Part shown: in pieces, positions 29,504 through 38,465 of the stretch
Layout of the letters: every line of letters begins with the position of its first letter
Position numbering within the stretch: position 1 is the first letter of the stretch
NCBI GenBank assembly: GCA_963842005.1
Contig: CAWJEV010000002.1
Location: 981,484-1,045,483, forward strand
DNA: 64,000 nt
DNA from: an uncultured Solirubrobacterales bacterium
Lineage (GTDB): Bacteria > Actinomycetota > Thermoleophilia > Solirubrobacterales > Solirubrobacteraceae
Direction: 5' to 3'
Program-made: the position numbers and the translations under genes
The notes under the pieces: generated by a model
Databases searched by the model: none
Seen by the model: the letters and a program-made list of their open reading frames with translations, nothing else
What the model was told of the DNA's origin: nothing

Positions 29504-29751
29504 CGGCTCACGGGAGGACCGACGCTTCCGCGAGCCTCCTCCACGTCGCGCGCGAAGTCCTCATCGACGGCCGGCAGGCCCGCGATGAACGCCCGCCACG
29601 CCTCGCCGGCGAGCCTCCGTGGCCGGGGGGGCCGACGCAGCTCGGCGACCGTCGCGCCGTTGCGGACGATCTCGATCTCCTCGCCCGCGGCGACGCGGTT
29701 GATCACCGCGGAGAAGTTCCTGGACACCTCGGTGGCGGTCATGCTGGTCAC
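29488..29751 (-). CDS. Phd/YefM-type antitoxin
   Basis: MTATEVSRNFSAVINRVAAGEEIEIVRNG. Overlaps the toxin start. TACAGT -10 lies 7 nt upstream of the GTG. Confidence 0.85.
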   Translation of the reverse strand: MTSMTATEVSRNFSAVINRVAAGEEIEIVRNGATVAELRRPPRPRRLAGEAWRAFIAGLPAVDEDFARDVEEARGSVGPPVSRWLAG

Positions 29752-29758
29752 GCCGCCT

Positions 29759-29782
29759 ACTGTATCAGATAAATCAGATCAG
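29759..29782 (-). promoter_or_regulatory. Leaderless promoter with an ATCTGAT direct repeat (candidate TA autoregulatory operator)
   Basis: Minus strand ctgATCTGATttATCTGATACAGT-N7-GTG. Confidence 0.45.
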
Positions 29783-29877
29783 GGCCAGATGCCTGTGCCC
29801 GTCCCGTCACAGTCCCGCAACAGTCCTGGCACGCAAAGCGCACTCAGGACACACTGGTTGGCCTAGCCTCGCTGGTC

Positions 29878-30318
29878 ATGCACGTCGCCTCCAGCCGCCA
29901 ACCCGATCAGTCGCCCTCGGACCCCCCGCGCGAAGACCCCCGCCGCGCGCTCGGCAGGCTCGGCGAGGATCTGGCCGCGGCCCACCTGGAGCGGCTTGGC
30001 TTCGCCATCGTCGAGCGTAACGCCCGCACCCGCTACGGCGAGATCGATCTGATCGCCTTCGATGGGTCTGCGCTTGTCTTCGCCGAGGTCAAGACACGCC
30101 GTTCGCGCAGGCGCTGGCAGTTGGCCCCAGAGGAGCAGCCTCTGCTCTGGCTGCGCGCCCGCCAGCGCGCGCGCCTGCGGCGCCTCGCCGCGGCGTGGCT
30201 GCACCGCTCGCCACGCGACCGCCCCAAAGCCCACACGATCCGCTTCGACGGCATCGGCGTGATCGTCGACGAGGCCGACAGGCTCGTCTGCCTCGACCAC
30301 ATCGAGGGAGCGTGGTGA
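29878..30318 (+). CDS. yraN: YraN-family putative endonuclease (UPF0102)
   Basis: LGRLGEDLAAAHL, RNARTRYGEIDLIA, FAEVKTR and IRFDGIGV motifs. Confidence 0.88.
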   Translation: MHVASSRQPDQSPSDPPREDPRRALGRLGEDLAAAHLERLGFAIVERNARTRYGEIDLIAFDGSALVFAEVKTRRSRRRWQLAPEEQPLLWLRARQRARLRRLAAAWLHRSPRDRPKAHTIRFDGIGVIVDEADRLVCLDHIEGAW

Positions 30319-30322
30319 GTTC

Positions 30323-31117
30323 TCAGAGCGCCAGTTGCTGATACGCCAGCGACTGAAAAGAGAGCCGGTGCAACGGAGAGACGCCTTGGCGGAGGATCGC
30401 TTCGCGGTGCGCGGGGGTCGAGTACCCCACGTGCTCGGCGAAGCTCCAGCCGGGGTGAAGGTTGTCGGCGTGGCACATGTAGCGGTCGCGGGCGACCTTC
30501 GCGACGATCGACGCGGCGGCGATCGCGGCACTGGTGGCGTCGCCGTCCACGATCGCCCGCTGGGGACGCCCGAAGTCCGGCACCGAGAAGCCGTCCACGA
30601 GACACGCAACCTCGCCCTCCACGCCGGCGGTGACCCCCCGCAGCGCGTCGCGCAGCGCCGCGAGGTTCGTCTTGTGCAGGCCCCGCGAGTCGATCCCGCG
30701 CACGCAGCGGGAAACCACGGTCACGCGTGCCGCGCTGCGCAGGACGAGCGGGTAGAGCTCCTCGCGCGCCTCGGCGGTGTGCTGCTTGGAGTCGTTCAGC
30801 GCAGCGAGGGCGCGGATCTCCGCGGAGGGGAGCGTCCCGTAGTCGAACAGCACTCCGGCCGCCACCAGCGGCCCCGCCAGACAGCCGCGCCCCGCCTCGT
30901 CCGCGCCCGCCACCAGACGCACCCCCAAGCGCCTGTCGAAGGCGAACAGCCGCCGGCCGCTGGAGGCCCTCCGTGCCCGGCGGCGGGTCCGCGAGGTCCC
31001 GGTGCCCGCCCTAGAGGGTCCCGATGCGGTCGGGGGGCCAGTAGGTGAAGAGGGCTCCCCCGATGACCCACCCTGTGGGGACGGGTCCCCAGAACCTGCT
31101 GTCGTCTGACTGGCCAC
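30323..31117 (-). CDS. rnhB: Ribonuclease HII (start uncertain)
   Basis: AGADEAGRGCLAGP, LNDSKQ, LVDG, DGDATSAAIAAASIVAKVARD and HRLSF. The only in-frame start overlaps lepB by ~107 nt. Confidence 0.88.
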   Translation of the reverse strand: MASQTTAGSGDPSPQGGSSGEPSSPTGPPTASGPSRAGTGTSRTRRRARRASSGRRLFAFDRRLGVRLVAGADEAGRGCLAGPLVAAGVLFDYGTLPSAEIRALAALNDSKQHTAEAREELYPLVLRSAARVTVVSRCVRGIDSRGLHKTNLAALRDALRGVTAGVEGEVACLVDGFSVPDFGRPQRAIVDGDATSAAIAAASIVAKVARDRYMCHADNLHPGWSFAEHVGYSTPAHREAILRQGVSPLHRLSFQSLAYQQLAL

Positions 31118-31760
31118 GGTTGTCCCCCATCATGAACCAGTGACCGGGCGGAATCTTGATCGGGGTCGGGAAGCTGCACTCCTGGACCCCCCCGCACGGG
31201 TTGATGTAGGAGTCCTGCTCGCGCTTTCCGTTGCGGTACACGTGCCCTTCGCGGATCGAGACGACGTCTCCAGGCCCGGCGACGATGCGCTTGATGAAGT
31301 TCACGCTCGCCTCCACGGGGTAGGTCTGATCGCACGCCGCCCCGCCGTAGTCGGCCGGGCGAGAGGAGAAGCCGCATTTCGGCGCTTCATGCGATTCTTC
31401 CTGGTCCGCTCCCTTCGGGGGGTGGAACACCACGATCTCCCCCACGTAGGGCCCGTCGAAGCGCATCCCGATGCGGTTCACGAGGACCCGCTGGCCGACC
31501 TTGAGCGTCGGTTCCATCGAGCCGCTGGGGATCTTGTACGGCTTGACGATCAACGCCTGGATGCCCACCGCGAGCAGCACCGCGATCACGACGATCGCGG
31601 CGAGCTCGAGCAGCGAGCCGCTCGTCGTTTTTTTCGACTTCGAGCCGCCCCTGCCCAGTCCCGGGCCCGCCTGCGACGCCGGGCCGCCGGGCACGCCCGA
31701 GCCGCCGGTGGAGCCCGAGCCGCCGGTGGAGCCCAAGCCCTTTGGCGATCGCACGCTCAC
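31011..31760 (-). CDS. lepB: Signal peptidase I
   Basis: IPSGSMEPTL (Ser), FIKRIVAGPGD (Lys) and GDNRGQSDDSRFWG motifs, plus an N-terminal TM segment. Confidence 0.93.
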   Translation of the reverse strand: MSVRSPKGLGSTGGSGSTGGSGVPGGPASQAGPGLGRGGSKSKKTTSGSLLELAAIVVIAVLLAVGIQALIVKPYKIPSGSMEPTLKVGQRVLVNRIGMRFDGPYVGEIVVFHPPKGADQEESHEAPKCGFSSRPADYGGAACDQTYPVEASVNFIKRIVAGPGDVVSIREGHVYRNGKREQDSYINPCGGVQECSFPTPIKIPPGHWFMMGDNRGQSDDSRFWGPVPTGWVIGGALFTYWPPDRIGTL

Positions 31761-31782
31761 GTGACCCCTTCGGGGCGAGCGC

Positions 31783-32247
31783 TCACGCCGCCGTGTCGTC
31801 GGCGTCTTGCACGCCGGCTTCGGGGGAGGAGTCGACCTGGTCCACGGCCTCCTCCGGCTGAGGCTCGTGCAGCAGCCCCGGCTGCACAATCTCCTCCGGG
31901 CCGGTGTAGCGGCGTTCCCGCACGCGGGCCCGCTTGCCCACGCGGTCCCGCAGGTAGTAGAGCTTCGCGCGGCGCACGTCGCCGCGAGCCGCCAGCTCGA
32001 TGCGCTCGATCTTCGGGGAGTGCACCGGGAACATACGCTCCACGCCCACCCCGAAGGACTGCTTGCGCACCGTGAACGTCTCCCGCGCCCCGTGGCCCTG
32101 GCGCTTGATGACCACGCCCTCGAACACCTGGACGCGCCGGCGGGTGCCCTCGATCACCTGGAAGTGGACCTTCAGGCGATCGCCCGGCGCGAAGTCGGGG
32201 ACACGCCGCAGCTGGGCGCGTTCGAGGGTGTCGATGACGCTGCTCAT
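31783..32247 (-). CDS. rplS: 50S ribosomal protein L19
   Basis: [20 protein letters not shown] and [12 protein letters not shown] motifs. Confidence 0.96.
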   Translation of the reverse strand: MSSVIDTLERAQLRRVPDFAPGDRLKVHFQVIEGTRRRVQVFEGVVIKRQGHGARETFTVRKQSFGVGVERMFPVHSPKIERIELAARGDVRRAKLYYLRDRVGKRARVRERRYTGPEEIVQPGLLHEPQPEEAVDQVDSSPEAGVQDADDTAA

Positions 32248-32328
32248 AACAGAAGGAGGTCTCACGCCAGAGGTCTACGACCGCCCTGGCGCAGCCCGCA
32301 ATGGTAGCGGACGGGCGGCTCCCTCACG

Positions 32329-33006
32329 CTAGTCGTGCCGCGCCCGCTCGCGGCTGCGCTCCCGCCGCCAGCTTTCGATGCGCTCGTGGTGGCCGGAGAG
32401 GAGCACGTCGGGGACGCGCCACCCGCGGTACTCGGCGGGGCGCGTGTAGTGGGGGTACTCGGGGTTCCCCGCCAACGCCTCGCTGAAGGACTCCTCGAGC
32501 GCCGAGCGCTCGTGCCCGAGCGCGCCGGGGAGCTTGCGGAGCACCGCGTCGCAGACCACCATCGCCGCGAGCTCCCCGCCGGAGAGGACGTAGCGCCCGA
32601 TCGAGAGGGTCTCACCGGCGAAGTGCTCCACGATCCGCTCGTCGAAGCCCTCGTAGCGCCCGCACAGCAGTGTCAAGGCGGGCTCGGCTGCCAGCTCGCC
32701 CACGTACGCCTCGTCGAGCGCCCGCCCCGCGGGCGAGAGCGCGATCACGCGGCGGGTGCAGGGCAGCTCGGCGGGATCGACCCCGTAGCGGGCGCGCAGG
32801 GCGGCCTCCATCACGTCGACTCGCAGCACCATCCCCGCCCCACCCCCGAACGGCGTGTCGTCGACCTGGCCCCCACTCAGCGGGGTGTGCTCGCGGATGT
32901 TCACGCACTCCAACCGGCTGCCCGCCGCGAGCGCGTTGGCCACGTGGCGCTGGGTGGAGAACCACTGAAACCATTCCGGAAACAGGGTGAAGACGTCGAT
33001 CTCCAC
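32329..33006 (-). CDS. trmD: tRNA (guanine-N1)-methyltransferase
   Basis: VDDTPFGGGAGMV, LCGRYEGFDER, SIGRYVLSGGE and LLSGHHERI motifs. Confidence 0.95.
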   Translation of the reverse strand: MEIDVFTLFPEWFQWFSTQRHVANALAAGSRLECVNIREHTPLSGGQVDDTPFGGGAGMVLRVDVMEAALRARYGVDPAELPCTRRVIALSPAGRALDEAYVGELAAEPALTLLCGRYEGFDERIVEHFAGETLSIGRYVLSGGELAAMVVCDAVLRKLPGALGHERSALEESFSEALAGNPEYPHYTRPAEYRGWRVPDVLLSGHHERIESWRRERSRERARHD

Positions 33007-33007
33007 C

Positions 33008-33526
33008 TCAGCGCTCCCCGAGGAAGTCGAGGCTCACGTCGATGCGCCGCGCGGCCACGTCCACATGGCGCACGGCGTCTCCGACCATCGGCACCAGCAG
33101 CTCCCGACCGTCCTCGCAGCGCACCTCGAGCACCTCGCAGGAGGGGAGCTCGAGCAGGCCGCTGACGGTGCCCACGGGCCGCGCGCCGTCGAGCACCGCA
33201 CACCCCTGCAGCTCGTGCGCCCACCACTCTCCCTCCGCGAGCGCGGGCACGTGGGCGCTGGAGACAGTGAGCGGCTCGCCGCGCAGAGCCTCCGCGGCCG
33301 CGCGGTCCTCGACACCCCCCAGACGCACGATCGGCCGCTCCTGCACACCGGCGCGGCGCACGATCCGTCGGGTACACCCGGCGACTGTCACCTCGCTCCC
33401 CTCGGCCAGCAGCCGGGGGCTCGCCCGGGTGACGTAGAAGCTCCCGTCGAGGCCGTGCGCGCGACCTACGCGGCCGGCCTGGAGCGGCGCCGGCCCGGTC
33501 CCCCCCGCAGCCGGTTCCTCGGCCAC
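33008..33526 (-). CDS. rimM: Ribosome maturation factor RimM
   Basis: GRVGRAHGLDG, WWAHELQGC and LLVPMV motifs, in the canonical position between KH and trmD. Confidence 0.88.
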   Translation of the reverse strand: MAEEPAAGGTGPAPLQAGRVGRAHGLDGSFYVTRASPRLLAEGSEVTVAGCTRRIVRRAGVQERPIVRLGGVEDRAAAEALRGEPLTVSSAHVPALAEGEWWAHELQGCAVLDGARPVGTVSGLLELPSCEVLEVRCEDGRELLVPMVGDAVRHVDVAARRIDVSLDFLGER

Positions 33527-33536
33527 TCTGGCCGCC

Positions 33537-33785
33537 TCAGTCGACGATGTCAACGACCACACGGCGCTTTTCGCTCGCCGCAGCGGCTCTCACCACGGTC
33601 CGCAGTGCCTGGGCGGTGCGCCCGCCGCGGCCGATCACCTTGCCGTAGTCCTCCTGCGCGACGGCGAGCTCCAGCACGACGGTGCCGTCGTCCTCCTCGA
33701 ACTGCTCGACGGTGACCTCTTCGGGCTCGTCAACCAGACCCTGGGCGAGGTAGACGAGGAGCTCCTTGACCCGCTGGACCGCCAT
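33537..33785 (-). CDS. khpA: KH-domain RNA-binding protein
   Basis: DYGKVIGRGGRTAQALRTVV motif, immediately downstream of rpsP. Confidence 0.88.
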   Translation of the reverse strand: MAVQRVKELLVYLAQGLVDEPEEVTVEQFEEDDGTVVLELAVAQEDYGKVIGRGGRTAQALRTVVRAAAASEKRRVVVDIVD

Positions 33786-33795
33786 CGAGGTCGGG

Positions 33796-34041
33796 TCAGT
33801 TGGTGATGCCCTGGATGCGCAGGAGCTTGCGCACCGTGTCCGAGGGCTGGGCGCCACGCGCGAGCCAGCTGCGGGCGCGCTCCTCGTCGATTTTGATCGT
33901 GGAGGGGTTGGTCTGGGCGTTGTAGTGGCCGATCGTCTCGATCACGCGCCCGTCCCGAGGGGAGCGCTGGTCGGCGACGACCACCCGCCAGATGGGGTCC
34001 TTTCTACCGCCCACTCGCGTGAGCCTGAGCCTTACCGACAC
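33796..34041 (-). CDS. rpsP: 30S ribosomal protein S16
   Basis: VRLRLTRVGGRK, RSPRDGRVIETIGHY and GAQPSDTV motifs. Confidence 0.96.
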   Translation of the reverse strand: MSVRLRLTRVGGRKDPIWRVVVADQRSPRDGRVIETIGHYNAQTNPSTIKIDEERARSWLARGAQPSDTVRKLLRIQGITN

Positions 34042-34223
34042 GTGTTGAGCCTCTCTCTAGGACGTTCTCTCGCTCGCCAGCTTAGCCGGTTCAGCGCTAG
34101 GCGGTTGGTACCGAAGCTTGTTCCCCCTCACAAGGGCCGGCTTTGCCGGCCCGCGCTCTGGGACGTGGTGGGGGGAGGGGGTATGGCGGCCCGCCCTCCC
34201 CGGGCCTGCCCTCCCCCAGCCCT

Positions 34224-35579
<1,356 letters not shown>

Positions 35580-35587
35580 CGCGGGGG

Positions 35588-36484
35588 TCAGCCCTTCTCG
35601 CCGGAGGACCCCTCCTGGACCCGGCGCGCCAGCGTCTCGCCGATGCCCCCGAACGCCTGGGCGAACTCGGAGGGAATGACGAACACCTTGTTGGCGTCCC
35701 CTTCGGCGAGCTGCGGGAGCATCTGCAGGTATTCGTAGGAGAGCAGGTCCCGGGTGGGGCGGCCCTCGTGGATCGCTTTGAAGACGGTGTCGATCGCCTT
35801 CGCTTCGCCCTCCGCGCGCAGGATCGCGGCCTGGCGCGCGCCCTCGGCCGTGAGCACCGCCGCCTGCTTCTCGCCCTCCGCGGTGAGGATCTGGGACTGC
35901 TTCTGGCCTTCGGCGGTGAGGATCGCCGCGCGGCGGTCGCGCTCGGCGCGCATCTGCTTCTCCATCGCCGTCTTGATGTCCGACGGCGGGTCGACCGACT
36001 TGATCTCCACGCGGTTGATGCGGATGCCCCACTTCCCGGTGGCCTCGTCCAGGACCACGCGCAGCTCGGTGTTGACGTTCTCGCGGGCGGTCAACGTGGC
36101 CTCGAGCGTGAGCCCGCCGATCACGTTGCGCAGCGTGGTGACCGTCAGCTGCTCGATCGCCTGCAGCGGGTTGGCGATTTCATACGTCGCGGAGCGGGGG
36201 TCGGTGATCGTGAAGTACAGCACCGTCTCGATGCCCACGACCACGTTGTCCTCGGTGATCACCGGCTGGGGGGAGAAGTTGACCACCTGCTCGCGCAGGT
36301 CCACCAGCGGTTTGACGCGGTCGATGAACGGTGTGATGATCGTCAGTCCGGGCTCCAGCGTGCGGCTGTAGCGGCCGAGTCGCTCGACCACCCCGGCGCG
36401 CGCCTGGGGGATGACGCGAATCGTGCGCGCGGCCACGACCAGCGCGAACAGCACGACCACGGCGACGACGATGAGAGCGACCAT
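35588..36484 (-). CDS. SPFH/band-7 (stomatin-like) membrane protein
   Basis: N-terminal TM, VVERLGRY, VITEDNV, KWGIRINRVEI and AERDRRAAIL motifs. Confidence 0.92.
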   Translation of the reverse strand: MVALIVVAVVVLFALVVAARTIRVIPQARAGVVERLGRYSRTLEPGLTIITPFIDRVKPLVDLREQVVNFSPQPVITEDNVVVGIETVLYFTITDPRSATYEIANPLQAIEQLTVTTLRNVIGGLTLEATLTARENVNTELRVVLDEATGKWGIRINRVEIKSVDPPSDIKTAMEKQMRAERDRRAAILTAEGQKQSQILTAEGEKQAAVLTAEGARQAAILRAEGEAKAIDTVFKAIHEGRPTRDLLSYEYLQMLPQLAEGDANKVFVIPSEFAQAFGGIGETLARRVQEGSSGEKG

Positions 36485-36543
36485 GAGCAGAGGTTCCTTT
36501 CTAGATTACGTCTCGTACAGCCTATCTCCCTGGCGACACGCGG

Positions 36544-36649
36544 CTGAGGCGGCCGTGGGCCAAGCGAGGCGAGGACGCAAGGAGCGAAGTGTGCTTGGCA
36601 CACGAGCGACTGAGGACAAGCATACGCGCAGTGCCCACGGCCGCCTCAG
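36544..36649. repeat. REP-like hairpin element (empty copy)
   Basis: 17-bp terminal inverted repeat CTGAGGCGGCCGTGGGC/GCCCACGGCCGCCTCAG around a core that matches the rejoined flanks of IS110-2 (55304-55332 plus 56882-56955). Inner hairpin GTGTGC-N3-GCACAC. Confidence 0.85.
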
Positions 36650-37077
36650 TGCATCACAAGCGCGGTGGCGCCGCGTATCTCGACGACCTGCACGCGCTCA
36701 CCGGCGGGGATCACGTCGTCGTCCTCGTAGCTGCGCGCGGTCCACACCTCGCCGCCGATCCGCACGCAGCCGACGCCCTCCTGGTTGGCGATCCGCTCGA
36801 GCACGATCGCGTCGCTCCCCACGAGAGCCGCCGCGCCCGTGCGGATCCGGGGGGGGTGCTGCAGGTGGCGCCGGGCGACCGGACGCAGCGTGAGCAGCAC
36901 CAGCAGCGAGACGAGCAGGAAGACGACCAGCGCGAGCGGGAGACCGACGCCGGCGAGGCTGACCAGGGCCGCGACCAGCGCGCCGAGGGCGAACGGCGCG
37001 AGGAAGAACCCGCCGGTGTGCATCTCGCCCACCCCCAGCACGCACCCTGCCACGATCCAGATGATCCACGCGTCCAC
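36646..37077 (-). CDS. NfeD-family membrane protein (SPFH partner)
   Basis: Hydrophobic N-terminal half, GCVRIGGEVWTARS OB-fold motif, adjacent to the SPFH gene. Confidence 0.88.
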   Translation of the reverse strand: MDAWIIWIVAGCVLGVGEMHTGGFFLAPFALGALVAALVSLAGVGLPLALVVFLLVSLLVLLTLRPVARRHLQHPPRIRTGAAALVGSDAIVLERIANQEGVGCVRIGGEVWTARSYEDDDVIPAGERVQVVEIRGATALVMH

Positions 37078-37254
37078 GTGTCCGATTATCGCACCGCGGG
37101 CGGGGGGAACCCTGTACGCACCGCCGGGTCGGCGAACCTGACCGCAGCGTGTAGCGCACGGTTGGGAGCTTTGAGATCGTCCACGTGGCGGGCTGGGACC
37201 ATCAGGGCGCGTGCGCGCGTGGCCTCCGTGCCCCGCGACGGCGTGCGGCGCGGC

Positions 37255-38247
37255 CTACTCGGCGATCAGCGCCCGCGCGAAGTCCTCGGGGTCGAAGGGG
37301 CGCAGGTCCTCCAGCGACTCGCCCACTCCGATCAGCTTTACGGGCAGACCGAGCTCGCGGGCGATCGCGAGGGCGATCCCGCCACGGGCGGTGCCGTCGA
37401 GCTTGGTGAGCACGATCCCGCTGACCTGCGCCGCCTCCGCGAAGGTGCGCGCCTGGCGCAGGCCGTTCTGGCCGGTGGTGGCGTCGATCGTGAGCAGCGT
37501 CTCCTGCGGGGCGCCCTCGAGCTGGCGCGCGATCACGCGGCGCACCTTGGCGAGCTCGGCCATCAGGTCATTCTGGGTGTGCAAGCGCCCGGCGGTGTCC
37601 ACGATCACCACGTCGGCCCCCTCGCTGCGGGCGCGGGCCACCGCCTCGAACGCGACGGCGCCCGGGTCCGAGCCTTCGGGGCCGGTGACGATCTCGCAGC
37701 CCGCGCGCTGCGCCCACCCCTCCAGCTGCTCAGTGGCGGCCGCGCGGAAGGTGTCGGCAGCGGCGAGCAGCACGGTGCGCCCGAGCTCGCGCTGCAGGTG
37801 CCACGCGAGCTTGCCGATCGTGGTGGTCTTGCCGGTGCCGTTCACGCCCACCGCGAGGATCACGGTGGGACGGGCGCGGATGTCGATGCGCCCGTCGCCT
37901 GTGCGAGCGGTCTCGGCGAGCAGCTCAATCAGCCGCTCCGTGAGCGCCTCCCCCCCGCTCAGGCCGCCCTCCACGGCCTCCGCTTCGAGCGTCGCGACGA
38001 CCGCCGCCGTGGCGGGGGCGCCGACGTCGGCCATGATCAGCGCCTCCTCCAGTCGCTCCCACGTGTGCTCGTCGAGCGTCTGGAAGAGCGTCGCGTGGAT
38101 CTCACCGCCGAGCGCCTTGCGAGTCTTCGAGAGGTTCTCGCGCAGGCGCCGCAGGAGGCCACGGCGCTCGCCGCCCTCGCCCGAGTCCCCGGCGTCGGCG
38201 GTTCCCGGCTCGCCGGTGATGAACAGGTCGCTCCAGTCGCGCGGCAC
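37255..38247 (-). CDS. ftsY: SRP receptor FtsY
   Basis: GVNGTGKTTT, AADTFRAAA, DTAGRL and TKLDGTARGG motifs. Probable start GTG at 38247. Confidence 0.94.
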   Translation of the reverse strand: MPRDWSDLFITGEPGTADAGDSGEGGERRGLLRRLRENLSKTRKALGGEIHATLFQTLDEHTWERLEEALIMADVGAPATAAVVATLEAEAVEGGLSGGEALTERLIELLAETARTGDGRIDIRARPTVILAVGVNGTGKTTTIGKLAWHLQRELGRTVLLAAADTFRAAATEQLEGWAQRAGCEIVTGPEGSDPGAVAFEAVARARSEGADVVIVDTAGRLHTQNDLMAELAKVRRVIARQLEGAPQETLLTIDATTGQNGLRQARTFAEAAQVSGIVLTKLDGTARGGIALAIARELGLPVKLIGVGESLEDLRPFDPEDFARALIAE

Positions 38248-38354
38248 GGGGCGCGCGACGATAGCAGTGAGCGAGACCCGATGCTTCACGTCGTCCACAA
38301 CTACAAAAGAGTCGCAAGTTGCGGCAAGATGGAACCTCCTGCGAGTCCCGCTTA

Positions 38355-38384
38355 TTGACAGCCTCCCGTCGATCGAGCTAGCGT
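38355..38384 (+). promoter_or_regulatory. Sigma70-type promoter for the Rhs gene
   Basis: TTGACA-N18-TAGCGT, followed by an AAGGGAGG RBS before the ATG at 38466. Confidence 0.55.
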
Positions 38385-38465
38385 GTCTCCTCGTCCGCCG
38401 GGAGTCGGCCGACGGGCTCGACGCACATCTTTGTCCGAGTCGAATGGCCCATCAAGGGAGGCGAC

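Noticed and set aside
31011-31117. Functional 107-nt overlap of rnhB with lepB
   Set aside because: More likely an uncertain start or an indel that removed the real start codon. The overlapping peptide is low-complexity.
31699-31737. 18-bp tandem repeat in lepB
   Set aside because: Encodes a Gly/Ser linker (GSTGGS x2); ordinary low-complexity expansion.
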